Source of the DNA: Oopsacas minuta
Taxonomy: Eukaryota > Animalia > Porifera
Assembly (NCBI GenBank): GCA_024704765.1
Contig: JAKMXF010000188.1
Location: 669,715 to 733,714 of the forward strand
Reading direction: 5' to 3'
DNA: 64,000 bases
In this document: one piece after another, positions 22,408-34,800 of the stretch
Layout: the number at the start of each line of letters is the position of its first letter
Position numbering within the stretch: position 1 is the stretch's first letter
The notes under the pieces: model-generated
What the model saw: the letters and a program-made list of their open reading frames with translations, nothing else
The model's database searches: none
Told to the model about the DNA's origin: nothing
Program-made: the position numbers and the translations under genes

Positions 22408-23664
22408 ATGTTTGGTTCTACTACACAAACGATCTATTTTGATACTTCCAAGAAAGAACAATTTTCTCTGACTAATGGTTTGAAGATTCTATCTCAGAAA
22501 CTGAAATCTAAATGGAGACTTCTCTCTTGGAAAGATGATATCTCTATGCTCAGCTTAACCCCTGGACAGGTGTATATAATCCCTGGTCCGTGTGAGAAGT
22601 TCTCAGCTGGAGAGATCAAAGCAATCGCTCAGTTTTTAGAATCTGGAGGTAACCTGATAGTACTCCTGGGGGAGGGAGGGGAGAACAAGTATGACACCAA
22701 TATTAACTTCCTGCTGGAGGAGTATGGTATTATGGTAAATTCAGACTCTGTAATTCGTACTTCTTATTTCAAATATTTTCATCCTAAAGAAGTGTTGATA
22801 ACTGGTGGCCTGCTTAACCGCGAGATAACAAAGGCATCCCTATCACTTCACCATAGTAATGATGGTAACGAGCTCACAATGAATCTGCTATATCCGTTTG
22901 GTTCAACAGTGAGTATTAGAAAACCTGCTATACCTATAGTATCCACTGGAAACGCTTCTTACCCTCTCAACAGACCTGTGTGTGCATTTGCTAAGGCTGG
23001 TAAAGGAAAGATAGCAGTGCTAGGCTCAGTTGCATTTATTAGTGACAATTATATAGAGAAGGAAGATAACTTTCTTTTGCTAGAGATTATACTGGAATGG
23101 CTTACAGGGAATAGTATCAACATTAATCAGATTGATGCAGATGATCCTGATGTATCTGACTACTACTATCTCCCTTACACTTGTAAGCTAGCTAACAGAG
23201 TATACTTCTCATTGCAAGAGTGTGATGAGGTACCACGTGACTTCACTCGTCTCTACAATCACTCTCTATACACATTAGACTCTAGTGTCCTGCCGAATGT
23301 TTTAGAAGCTTACAAAGAGTTCCAAATCAAGCATGAGCCTCTCCAGCTCATCTCTCCTCAATTCGAAGCTCCCCTACCCTCTCTAAACGCAGCTGTATTC
23401 CTCCCTGAGCTGAATGAGAGTGCTCCTCCCCTGTTGGAGCTATACGACCTAGATGATCACTTCTCCTCTCCAAGGATACGATTAGCTCAGCTGACTAACA
23501 AATGTACTGATACAGACCTGGATTACTTTATCCATGAGGCTGCTAAGATATTGGGCGTGGACGATAAGGTATCCTCACAAGAACGGACTTCTAAGCTATA
23601 TCTGGAGTTAATTCTATCTCAGTTGATGGAGTTTAAGTTATCTTCTATTGATGAGCAGTATTAG
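22408..23664 (+). CDS. IFT52: Intraflagellar transport protein 52 (IFT-B complex), intronless
   Basis: 418-aa ORF. It is near-collinear with IFT52 along its length: GNLIVLLGEGGENKYDTNINFLLEEYGIMVNSDSVIRTSYFKYFHPKEVLITGGLLNREI, ...AVLGS..FISDNYIEKEDN..., LTGNSININQIDADDPDVSDYYYLPYT, HEPLQLISPQFEAPLPSLNAAVF, RLAQLTNKCTDTDLDYFIHEAAKILGV. Confidence 0.9.
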   Translation: MFGSTTQTIYFDTSKKEQFSLTNGLKILSQKLKSKWRLLSWKDDISMLSLTPGQVYIIPGPCEKFSAGEIKAIAQFLESGGNLIVLLGEGGENKYDTNINFLLEEYGIMVNSDSVIRTSYFKYFHPKEVLITGGLLNREITKASLSLHHSNDGNELTMNLLYPFGSTVSIRKPAIPIVSTGNASYPLNRPVCAFAKAGKGKIAVLGSVAFISDNYIEKEDNFLLLEIILEWLTGNSININQIDADDPDVSDYYYLPYTCKLANRVYFSLQECDEVPRDFTRLYNHSLYTLDSSVLPNVLEAYKEFQIKHEPLQLISPQFEAPLPSLNAAVFLPELNESAPPLLELYDLDDHFSSPRIRLAQLTNKCTDTDLDYFIHEAAKILGVDDKVSSQERTSKLYLELILSQLMEFKLSSIDEQY

Positions 23665-24235
23665 TACGAATTATATATTATGAGCATAAGCATTATCTGT
23701 ATGTAAGTCTTGTCCTAATCATGCTATTTGTGTTGTATATTTGATAACGGGATGATTCTTATGTAAGCCAGGTTGTCCCAAACTAATAGATCTAATTTCT
23801 CATCTAAATATATTTAGAGAACATCCCACTACTTAGATAGCTACAGTCTTTTAGCCTCGAATTTACTTATTTTGCCCTTATTTGAAAAGGTGTAACTGTA
23901 AATTTATTGTTTGTAGTTCTTGTTGTTGAATTCTTATTCTCTTAGATTTATTCGTCAAGTATTGTTTGAATACATAGTTTTAATCTAACGTCACTCACAG
24001 AGTTTCAGAATAAGAATAAATTATAGCTAGGAATAAGCTAGGGGATTAATAGATTGAGCTAAAGTAACGTATTTCCTCAATGATAGCCGATTAAAGAGGA
24101 ATTAATTATTGCTCGAGCAACCAGTTTAGTGAATACAATATTTGTCAGCGGCGAAGTTGAGAATATTCAAGATTAAAATTTCAAACGCATTATTCTCAAT
24201 TTCATCTTCTTCTCGGTCTTGGGGTGAGCCTTTCT

Positions 24236-24716
24236 GTTACAGTCATCAGTGGCGGCAAAGGGCTGAGTTATCTTTATGGAGCGGACAATATTCAATACCT
24301 GAGTGGGCTTCGCTTACTCGCGCTATGTGGCTTGCGAACATTAAGTGTCCGGGTATGCTCGGCACTTAGCACCTCGAATTGAGTAAATTATATCTATCAT
24401 TAAAATCCAAAAAATTTACATAGTATCAAACTTGGAATGCGATATATGGAATCAGCCTACTGTGTTACCACTGTGTTGTGATTAGAGCAAGTCTATATCT
24501 ATATTATGAGATTTATATGATTTGTTTATTTTATCTTCTTTAAAACAACAAATTTACACATGATTACCTTAATTATTATTATTGATTAATAATTCGTAAA
24601 TTTCATATTGTTATTGTGCGGTCCTAATTAGATACAAGTCCTATACCCACTCTTAACTGATGGGGCGCTAGCCCAATCTAGCCCCATCTAGCCCCATGCT
24701 TGCGCCGCCACTGACA
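24236..24716. mobile_element. Candidate MITE with CAGTGGCGGC termini (member of a CAGTGGCR...GGGGG...CAAG family)
   Basis: Left end gtcatcagtggcggcaaag. Right end gcgccgccactgacag (reverse complement ctgtcagtggcggcgcaag). Related fragments or hairpins lie at 42175-42230, 42381-42428 and 63866-63912. Confidence 0.35.
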
Positions 24717-25727
24717 GTCACCAATATGCTTTAATAATTCTTGTTGGATAACCAAATTTAACGTATATAACCTACACGCATGGTTTGTGTACAACCTTTT
24801 TGTATAATTTACATACGATTGTTAGCTATAGCTATAGAACGATCATGGCTTTATTAATATTTAGATAATATGAGGATGTAATGTATCAATACAGTGATTA
24901 TACACCTCATTCAATGCAGATGTATATATGTTATGCTAGTTGATCGTGTCATTTAATGGTATTAGAATTCCTATATTAACTCTATCAGCAAATTAATACA
25001 GATTCTTACTCAGTATAATAGTCAATGTATAGAATATTAAATTGTATGATAAAACACTCACATTGGCGTATTTCTAGACATGAGATATCTATAATCATTG
25101 TTGTGTTAGAACTTCGTATCGTTATCTAATTTCTCGTGACAACATTGTTACGATTTTATCTCAGATTGAGTAATCTAACCTCATTCACCTTTGCTACTTC
25201 TTACCACCTATAAATATGGATGAATTATATCCAATATTCCATAATTAGTTAAGCTTAGTACCTGGGGTAGTAATATAAAAAATTACGATTTTGTGAATAC
25301 AGATTTCCCATGCTGTTCTAACTGAAATTTATTATAATATTACAAGAGAATAATTGTCTGTCTGTCTGTCACGTCATTTTCGGGTATACCAGTTCTCGTA
25401 GAAGTTAAGGTTCATACGAAACTAAGCGTAATGGTCTAAAACCTTGGGAAACAGAATTACAATCATTCCATCTCTTTGAGATTTAGTGACAAATGTCTAT
25501 GCAAATCAGATCAACATTAGTAAGCTATACTAAGTTGAATATTTCTTGTCTGAGAGCGTTCTTAGGATTGAAATTCTGTAGTGGGAGTTTACTTTGAGTT
25601 TAGGAAACTTTTTGAAACAATTATACTGCCTGTATATATTTGTTTTGAATAAATAAGCATTTTGTGCTTGTGTGTGTGTCTTATCTGAGTACGTATATTT
25701 TATAATTTCCTTCACTAGATAGCTAAA

Positions 25728-28700
25728 ATGCAACTCTACTATCGCTTCCTGTTGATATCATGTCTACTGGGTACAACCTTTGGCATGCAGTTGTTGGGAG
25801 CTAACCGCTGCACCTGGGGTCCCAGCTGGTGGTGTATTAACGAAACTACTGCTAATGACTGCGGCGCAACACAACATTGTATTGATAATGTATGGCAGAT
25901 TCCAGCAACTAAGAAACAACAATCCAAGGCAATGGAAAACTTCCTTAAAAATCCTTTAGGTTTGCTACCAATCGGAATCATACCACAGCCCGAACATAGC
26001 GTAAGGTTAACTCAGGACGCGTGTGACACCTGTTTGAATCGAGTACTAGAAATTAAAATTCTTATCAAGGATAATGCTACTAGTGAGGGATTCGAGAAAC
26101 TTCTTATAAATGAATGCATTAAATGGTTTAACAACGAGGACTCTTGTTACGAAATAATATCACATTCCAGTGAAGCTATATTCAGCATTATCAAACGCTC
26201 ATCTCCTGAACAGGTGTGTGACTTGGTATTACAATGTGGCAACACATGTAGTGAATGTAAGAGCGGCGTAGTTGTTGTTGAGAAGGCTCTTAGTCAGAAT
26301 TTAACTGATCAGGAAATAGTATACTTATTTATTGAGTTTTGTGCTAAGCTAGGTCCATACTCAGGTGAGTGTAAAGCCGCGGTTACTTCACGAATGGATC
26401 TTGTTATTGACGATTTGATTGACTTCCTGCAAAATGATCCTTGTGGTAGCCTAGGTGCTTGTGACTCATCTCTTCAACTAGTTTCTTCTGATGTTGAATG
26501 TACACTTTGTCTGTTTATTTGGGAATATGTTGTACACGAAGTTTCTCTGAACTCAACTGAAGAAGAGATCAAGAATGCATTGAAAGAGATATGCCAATAT
26601 CTAGGCAAGTTGAAGGATATCTGCAGTAACTTTGTCGATACTAACGTAGGTGATATAATTGTTGACATATTGAATAATGAATCACCACACAAATTCTGCA
26701 CACAAATTAAAGCTTGTAATAGCTCCAGTACTTTCGCATTATCTCCTCTACCTAAGCAAACTACATCAGCTCTACTCTGCAGTGCTCTAGCTAGCATATT
26801 CCAATCATTATTCAGCACAGATCTAATTGTACGATCTTTAGTTCAGGTGTTCTATATGACATGTAACATGCTGCCTGATGACACAGCTGTGGAGAATTGT
26901 CAGTCCTTCGTTATGCTCTACGTAGCTGGTATCTTACAGATAATCAATGCTGCTCTCCCCGTATCATATCTATGTATTGCCTTCCTGGGGAATAACCCTA
27001 ACGCTATTTCCAATATATATGATAATTCCATAGAATTCAGCCCAGCAGTTCACGGAGAAATAGAATGCGCTATTTGTGAGCTAGTACTAGAAATAGTGAG
27101 AATGGATATAGATACTAACAAATCTGTTAAGGACATACAAAATGACGTCAACATGACATGTCAGTTGCTTCCTGAAGGGACAATCAGAAAGGATTGTGAA
27201 TCAGGTGTTCTATTAGTCCCAGTTGTGTTAGATCTGCTAGCTCATAATTGTGTTCCGCATGAAATTTGCTATGTCCTTACTGCATGTCCAAATAACTCCT
27301 CTATAGAGACAACAACACTTGCTAAGCATGCCACACAGGTTGAGAGTTTTGATGTAACTTGTTTCGCCTGTAAAACGGGTGTTCAGCTGACGTTCTCATT
27401 CCTCGCCAGCAACCACACTGTGCAAGAAATGATATATATTATAAACGGTCTCTGTACTATAGTTAGTCCTAATTATGGATGTGAGGGGTTTCTCCAGGAT
27501 CTACTACCTCCACTATTGAATTATCTGCAGCAACAGTTCTCTCCTGAAGAGGTGTGTATAGGTATTGGGATGTGTCAGAATGATGAGGTAGGAGGCTACA
27601 CCGTGGATAAGAATGCTCCTATTGAAGAGAGTGAAGATATAGGATGTCTTGTATGTAGTGCATTAGCTACTTTACTTGATGATTACACTGGGTCTTATAG
27701 TGAAAATACAATAATTAGCGTTGCTAGTGCTTTGTGTAATCAGTTCGGTGAGTTTAGTGATGAGTGTAAAACTATCGTAGCGAATAACTTACCTAATATT
27801 ATCGAAAAACTGAGAGCTGGAGAATCTCCACAACAACTATGTGCTGAGGTTAAACTATGTCAGGCTGTTACATCTCGTGTCTCTGCCTCGCTAATGAAGG
27901 TTATAGCTGATAAAGATGAGGATCAGTGTGACACGTGTTTGGATGGTATTGACAGTATAAAGAGCATGTTAGCTAATAAGGGAGAAGATTATACTAAAGA
28001 CTATCTAATACAACAATGTATTGCTGCGTATTCTAAGATTATCTGTAATGAAGCTATTTCTCATTTGATTAAGATTATTCAGACCGGAGAGGATCCTTCT
28101 GATATCTGCTCTCAGCTAAATTTATGCAGTCTTGAGCCTGGATTGGAAAGTTATATTGATTGTGATACTTGTTTGAAATACGGGAAAGAATTAGAAAACA
28201 GAATAACTGATGAGACTTCTCAAGACGATTTTGATGATATTTTGTTCAATGTTTGCAGGCAGAATGCGAGTAAAACGATTTGTAAAATAGTTGTTAAACG
28301 GTTCTCTCAAGAACTCTTCAAACTAATGGTTACTCAGGGACAGAGCTACGAGCAAATATGTAAAGAAATGGCTGATTGTTCTGTTAGCTCTCCCTCTTTT
28401 GAAGTGAGTAGTAATACTATGTACTGTGCCGAATGCAAGTTTATTATAATGATAACTAAGCAAGCTATTTCTAAAACCAGTGAAGAAGATATTGAAAAGT
28501 ATTTAGATACCCTTTGTAATATGCTTGGAGAAAATCAGTATGAACAATGTAAGTATTTACTCGACTCTTTTATCAGCAAACTTTACGAAATTCTCAATGG
28601 TGATATGAGTGTTACTGAATTATGTGAAGAAATCAATGCTTGTTCCTCGCAACAGGTTACTTTACAGAAAACCTACTTACAACTCTGGGAGGAGTTGCAG

Positions 28701-28976
28701 CAGTCTCCCAGCACTGATTGTATCCTCTGCACTTGGATTAGTCAGTCTATACATCCACAGCTAATTGATATGTATTCGCATGAATCTTTGAAGTACAAAC
28801 TAGCTTCCAAATGCGCTAAACTACCTTTACATAATCAAGCTAGTTGCGAGGAGTTTGTTGAGAACAATTATTTCATTTCTGCTCTTAAGTCCAACTCCAA
28901 TTCTCCTATCTGTCAAGCTATTAATATCTGTCAGGGCAAGTCTAGAACTCCGGCTGGGTTTTCTCTTTTCATTTAA
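25728..28976 (+). CDS. Prosaposin-like secreted protein: signal peptide, N-terminal saposin-A-type domain and about 10 saposin-B-type domains; intronless
   Basis: 1082-aa ORF starting MQLYYRFLLISCLLGTTFG (signal-peptide-like). A SapA-like CTWGPSWWCINETTANDCGATQHC follows. Ten repeats each open with CxxC and carry the six-Cys saposin-B spacing (CDTCL, CSECK, CTLCL, CAICE, CFACK, CLVCS, CDTCL, CDTCL, CAECK, CILCT), each followed by ...C...C...C...C. Confidence 0.82.
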   Translation: MQLYYRFLLISCLLGTTFGMQLLGANRCTWGPSWWCINETTANDCGATQHCIDNVWQIPATKKQQSKAMENFLKNPLGLLPIGIIPQPEHSVRLTQDACDTCLNRVLEIKILIKDNATSEGFEKLLINECIKWFNNEDSCYEIISHSSEAIFSIIKRSSPEQVCDLVLQCGNTCSECKSGVVVVEKALSQNLTDQEIVYLFIEFCAKLGPYSGECKAAVTSRMDLVIDDLIDFLQNDPCGSLGACDSSLQLVSSDVECTLCLFIWEYVVHEVSLNSTEEEIKNALKEICQYLGKLKDICSNFVDTNVGDIIVDILNNESPHKFCTQIKACNSSSTFALSPLPKQTTSALLCSALASIFQSLFSTDLIVRSLVQVFYMTCNMLPDDTAVENCQSFVMLYVAGILQIINAALPVSYLCIAFLGNNPNAISNIYDNSIEFSPAVHGEIECAICELVLEIVRMDIDTNKSVKDIQNDVNMTCQLLPEGTIRKDCESGVLLVPVVLDLLAHNCVPHEICYVLTACPNNSSIETTTLAKHATQVESFDVTCFACKTGVQLTFSFLASNHTVQEMIYIINGLCTIVSPNYGCEGFLQDLLPPLLNYLQQQFSPEEVCIGIGMCQNDEVGGYTVDKNAPIEESEDIGCLVCSALATLLDDYTGSYSENTIISVASALCNQFGEFSDECKTIVANNLPNIIEKLRAGESPQQLCAEVKLCQAVTSRVSASLMKVIADKDEDQCDTCLDGIDSIKSMLANKGEDYTKDYLIQQCIAAYSKIICNEAISHLIKIIQTGEDPSDICSQLNLCSLEPGLESYIDCDTCLKYGKELENRITDETSQDDFDDILFNVCRQNASKTICKIVVKRFSQELFKLMVTQGQSYEQICKEMADCSVSSPSFEVSSNTMYCAECKFIIMITKQAISKTSEEDIEKYLDTLCNMLGENQYEQCKYLLDSFISKLYEILNGDMSVTELCEEINACSSQQVTLQKTYLQLWEELQQSPSTDCILCTWISQSIHPQLIDMYSHESLKYKLASKCAKLPLHNQASCEEFVENNYFISALKSNSNSPICQAINICQGKSRTPAGFSLFI

Positions 28977-29289
28977 CAGCACTATTTGCCTACCTTTATT
29001 GTATTTATAGATTTGATTCTGCATGTCAACCCCTTGTTATTTACCTTTGTATTTTAGCGGCAGTATATTGTACTATTCACTGTTTGTAAGTATTTACTGC
29101 ACATTATTGTATGTACTAAAAAGATATACGATTTAGGACTTCTTTGTACTGTATTATCTTCTTTTTAATAAAATCATTTATTCTTTCTTTAATTAATTAT
29201 AGATTTGTGAATTTATTCGACGTAATGATATGAGGGTATTGTATCTAGCTGTAAATATGTAAAATGAAATTGTTTTCATATTTCGGTAC

Positions 29290-29504
29290 CGTAATATGGG
29301 GCTACTTTTGTCCAAATATTGAAGTTTTCTTAAAATATCGATATTATCTGGAAATAAACTTCAAAATGATAATGTATATTTTAACATTTCCTTAAATTTG
29401 TCTAGTCATTTTCAGGTTTACCACAGAATCATCTCGACATTTCTTAAAAGTTCAATATTTTGGGGTAAAATAAACCTAGTGGGCCAAAGTAGCCCCATTT
29501 TACG
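29290..29504. mobile_element. Candidate MITE (215 bp) with TIR CGTAA(T/A)ATGGGGCTACTTTG
   Basis: Left cgtaatatggggctacttttgtcca at 29290. Right tgggccaaagtagccccattttacg ending at 29504. No clear TSD. Confidence 0.45.
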
Positions 29505-30186
29505 TTATACACGTTATTAATTTATGTACTGTTTCAGCAAATATATTGCAACGTCATAAAGTGCTCGACAATATCAAAATTTGTTGATTATTAGCCAACA
29601 TCTTCGATTTCGATTCCTGAAACAGAGGCATAGCCTCTATAAAGAAGGTAATGTTTAGGTGGCTTACTAAGTCATTAGGCTTGGGATTTGGTTACCACTG
29701 AGCCACCTAATTTGTCGAGAACTGCAAATTGAATCAGAATTTCGCATTTTCCAGTTTCTCATATGTAAATTTATTTTTGCTTTAATGAATACAAGTAAGC
29801 AAATATTTGAAATCTTGAAATAATCATATAGACTTGCTTAACGCTTATACATAGGTAATCAAGTACGCTCACTACCGCCTCACTAAGCTGAATCCAAATT
29901 TTGCATTTTCAAGTTTCTTATATGTAAATAGTTGTTGTTCTTATAGTTGTTGTTTTTATGAATGTAAAGTGAACAAATGTCTAAATTGCCACAACAACTC
30001 CGTGTTCAATGGTTATCCTAGTGTAAGGGGTACGCAGTTTTCAATTACGATGATTGATTGTCAACAACGTCTTGTGAATATTAGTGTATCTATTATTTCT
30101 AGATGCCTACTTCTAGTGCAACTGGAGAAGTTGAATTTGAGCTTCAAATCAGACAATTAATACATAAAATTGAAATTCAGTTTTGT

Positions 30187-30757
30187 GAAACAAACGTAAT
30201 CCAATATACTGTAAACAAACGTAATCCAATATACTGTAAACAAACGTAATCCAATATACTGTAAACAAACGTAATCCAATATACTGTAAACAAACGTAAT
30301 CCAATATACTGTAAACAAACGTAATCCAATATACTGTAAACAAACGTAATCCAATATACTGTATACAAACGTAATCCAATATACTGTAAACAAACGTAAT
30401 CCAATATACTGTAAACAAACGTAATCCAATATACTGTAAACAAACGTAATCCAATATACTGTAAACAAACGTAATCCAATATACTGTATACAAACGTAAT
30501 CCAATATACTGTAAACAAACGTAATCCAATATACTGTAAACAAACGTAATCCAATATACTGTAAACAAACGTAATCCAATATACTGTAAACAAACGTAAT
30601 CCAATATACTGTAAACAAACGTAATCCAATATACTGTAAACAAACGTAATCCAATATACTGTAAACAAACGTAATCCAATATACTGTAAACAAACGTAAT
30701 CCAATATACTGTAAACAAACGTAATCCAATATACTGTATACAAACGTAATCCAATAT
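30187..30757. repeat. Minisatellite: 25-bp unit AAACAAACGTAATCCAATATACTGT in about 23 tandem copies
   Basis: Direct reading of the sequence. Copies are near-identical, with a recurring A-to-T variant (tgtatacaaacg) at copies spaced 5 and 10 units apart (30361, 30486, 30736). The three overlapping minus-strand ORFs here are frame artefacts. Confidence 0.95.
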
Positions 30758-31066
30758 GAAATATAGTAACTGAAGTCAACGTTAGTTGAGGAGAATTATA
30801 TAAAATGGTGAATTCTTTTGGATTGATATAAAATAAGGGTGCCCGTATCTTGGAGGTCCGGATCTCGGAGGTTCGACTGTATTACATTTATCTTAGAATA
30901 ACTTGAATAACTTGACATTAACCTCCTTCTCACAGGGTCCCATTGAACTGGCTCATGTGTCTACTCATCTTCTATATATTTCAATCTACACATTTTCCAT
31001 CAAATGTCTCAATATAATTATACTTAATGTCTTTTATTCTATCCTAATAAGCTCCATCTACACAGC

Positions 31067-31863
31067 ATGGTATCTGTTGGTGCTGATCCACTTTCTGTTT
31101 TTCTTCGCATACGGCCATTCTCAGCTAAAGAGAGTTCTGATGATGGAAATAATATATCTTGTATCAAAGTTCTAAATAATTCAGAGTTGATAACCATCCC
31201 TCCTCTGTGCTCTCACGCACACAAGGGCCTCCAGAAGGTAACTGTTGACAAGGAGATATGAATATACTCTTATACCATTTTGTTTAATTTACAAGCTGTT
31301 TTTCTTATTAATTAGGGAGTGAGTGATATTCAAACTTTGTTCAGCTTCACTAGAATATTCGATGATAATACTGGACAGAAAGATTTTTATGATTCAGCTA
31401 TTCTGGATTATATTCAGGACTTTCTGAAAGGTAAACTTTCTTATTATTCAATTAGGTAATTATTAGGATGTAGTATACTCCGCTTATAGGGTTACACACT
31501 CTATTTGCATGGTTCTGTCTCTGACCAGGTTACCCTATTATTCTGGACTCAAAGCTTCACCAGTGACTCTACAAATAGAGTCTATTGTATGGAGAATTTG
31601 TTAAAACTTTGGTAGAGGAGTCTTAATATAAGTTTGTTAAGTATTCTGGTACTACACATTTTGTCAAAACAACACAATACGGATTATATCATATCCATAA
31701 AGCCTCGTACCACTTAAATTTTCTTTTCCACATCTTTGAATAACCCCAAAGTGGAGTATTGGAATCTCAGAATTCAGAGCCATACAACACCTCTACTACT
31801 TTACAGCTGAGCGAACACAATTGCACAATACTACTATATTTGTGTTGTGTTATGTTGCTTTTG

Positions 31864-31896
<33 letters not shown>

Positions 31897-34800
31897 GCTC
31901 TTTTAGGTCACAATGTATTAATATTCGCTTACGGTGTAACTAATGCTGGTAAGACCTACACTATGGCTGGTACTCGATCTAATCCAGGAGTTCTTCCACG
32001 AGCTCTCGACAGTATCTTCCAAGCAATAGAGCACCAACAACCTACTAACATATTTTACAAACCTAGAGGTGAGGCTATACATACTTATTTATTATTATAC
32101 GAGCCGCTTCGCTTATTTGCGGTTTGCGAACATTTTGTGTCCACATGGGACTCGGCAATTCATGCCTCGAAGTTAGCAAAGTAGTAAATTGCAAAATTGA
32201 ATTGATGAATTAATATTCCTATTTGTTTTACTTTATATTCATAAAAACAACCAAAAATTTACATATGATTAATTCAAAAGTGTTAAAATCAGATTCAGCA
32301 CTTTCGATATATTTTTGCCAAGTTTTATTCAATTTTGTATACTTTCTTGGTATACAGCCATAGTTGGGCGACATCTCAGTATTGAGAAATCAGAATTCAA
32401 TACAATATTGCATAAATCCTTTCCTTGACAACAGACAAATAGACAAACAAACAAGCAAATATGGCAATTTAATAATATACAGGGTACCTCAAAAGTTCTG
32501 CAACAAATTTTTACACCAATTTTTTATATCAAACCATAATTCAACTGCTGTTAAATTCATACTTATGGACAAAGGCTATATAATATATTCAATAAACTGT
32601 GATAGTTCAATTCTGGTCTTTTGTTATGTCAGGTATATCTGAACTACAGAAGAGGTCTCCTATTATTCATTTATTTCTAAATGGTAAGAAGCAGAATCAA
32701 ATTCTAAAAGCCCTTGGTTCACCGAAATTTTCACCATCGTTGATATCCCACACGATAAAACGATATATTGAGACAGGCGATATCGTAGATAAGCAACGAT
32801 CAGGTCGGCCAAGAACAATTAGGACTCCTGCTAACAAGAAAAAGGTTCGTCAGATTTTAACTCGTCGGCCCACGATGTCGGAATAGATAAGGAATCTGCT
32901 CGACGAATAATCAAGAAAGACTTAGGTATGAAATGTTTCAAACGAAGTAGAGTAGAGTCTCTTAATGGCCAGGGAATTAATAAGAGAATCCAAAGATGTC
33001 GTAGACTGCTGGATCGACTCAAAAATGTCAACAGTGATTCAATTGTATTTTCGGATGAGAAGATCTTCTGTATTGAGGAGAAGTGGAACTCTCAAAAATT
33101 CGCGGGTTTATTCCTTAACACGTAATGACATCCCAGAAAACTTAAGAAGTGTCCAGAAATTACAACACCCAAAAGTATTATGGTGGGCGGGAATTTCAGT
33201 TTTTGGGAAAACTCCGTTAGTATTCATACCCAAAGGTACAAAAATTAATGCTCAGGTATACAAAGATATTATACTGGAGAAACATGTCTTAGCAATTGGT
33301 TTGACCTTCATGAAAAACAAGGCATGGCTATTTCAACAGGATGGTGCACCGGCTCATACCGCTAAAATATCTCAAGATTGGTTGTCAAGTAAGATCCCAG
33401 CGTGTTTGAACCGTGACGAATGGCCCCCTTCAAGTCCTGACCTAAACCCTTGTGATTATTATTTGTGGGGAAGACTAGAGACACTAGTAAACAATAGATC
33501 CCACAACAGTATTCCAGCACTAAAACGAGCGTTAGAGAAAGCTTGATGCGAATTAGATCAGGATGAGGTCGCTCGGGCATGCAAATTATTTCTATCCAGA
33601 CTTAAAGATTGTCTGAAGGCCGGAGGGAATAGATTTGAAAACAAGTAGAGCCAAATATTTTCGTATATGATAGTTAGACATAATAGCATTTTCTTAACAA
33701 AATATTAGTCTGGTTATATGCTTTACATGTATAAGAATTACATTTAAATTTTGTTGCAAAACTTTTGAGACCCCCTGTAGATTATTGATTATGCTTTAAT
33801 CGTTGCGAATCTTACGATATTGCCCCACTCTGTTATCCCTGGCCTTCTAAAAGTAAACCTGTGAACTATGCTTCAATTCAGAGAAATTAATATAATATAC
33901 GGTGTACCTGCATAAACCGATACTCGTTTGGGACATGAAAATTTTGTCGGATTATGCAGGTGAATTTGTATTGTCGAATGCTGTTTCAGATCCGAAACTC
34001 TGTGTCGGATTATAAGGTGTTCTGGATTATAAGGTGTTCTGGATTATAAAGGTGTCGGTTTATGCAGGTTCCACTGTAGTCATAATATATAGGGGCTCAT
34101 AGATTTGCATCGCTAAAATAATCGATTTTGATGCTTCCTGAAATAACGAATTGTAGATTTGGCTAATCATATCAAATAGTTCGATTTTTTAGAGTAAAAT
34201 ATATACATTAACTCTGCCCGCTACTGATATAACATTACCTTATATTAAACATAAAGCAGCTGTGTTGCATGTGTTTTAGAAGTCACAATATGAACTATTT
34301 CTGTAGCTTTAATGCTTTATATACATACATGCATTATTATCCCTAATTCATACTTTTCCGTGATTTTTGATATTTAATGGCTCTCTTACAATTATATAGG
34401 GTTCGCTAATACAGTACGACTAGATAGAGAGAGTGCAGATCATGAAGCAGTTAAAAAGCGCAAGTTCTTGTCCAGAAAACTAACTAGACATAATCTTATT
34501 TCTGATCTAAGCAAGCTGTCAGATGGCACTGATTCTCAGACCTCCACTATATTCTCTACTCACCCTAGTGACCAGGAAATGGGAGAATCCTTAAAAAGCT
34601 CTAGAATTAATCCAGATCCCTTAGACTGTAGGTAGGTATATCTCTTAATATAAATTGCTGTAATTCGGCATAACATTCCATAATTAATTGGATTCATTAT
34701 ATATTGTAGTGCTCTGGAGATGGAGCACAATGAAGCTAGCTATTCAATATGGGTATCCTTTGTGGAGATACATAACGAATCGATATACGACCTGCTAGAT

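Noticed and set aside
25739-26818. Minus-strand ORFs 25739-25981 and 26474-26818
   Set aside because: Antisense to the prosaposin-like exon. No recognisable domains.
30149-30779. Three overlapping 190-201-aa minus-strand ORFs encoding the repeating peptide DYVCLQYIGLRLFTVYWITFVYSIL
   Set aside because: They are produced by the 25-bp minisatellite (25 not divisible by 3, so all frames are stop-free). No start context or codon bias was seen. The array is not a CRISPR either, since units are directly adjacent with no spacers.
31759-32184. 141-aa ORF with a poly-Ile run
   Set aside because: It is a read-through of intron 2 of the kinesin gene across the (ATT)n microsatellite into the real P-loop exon. 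Only 31907-32068 is coding.
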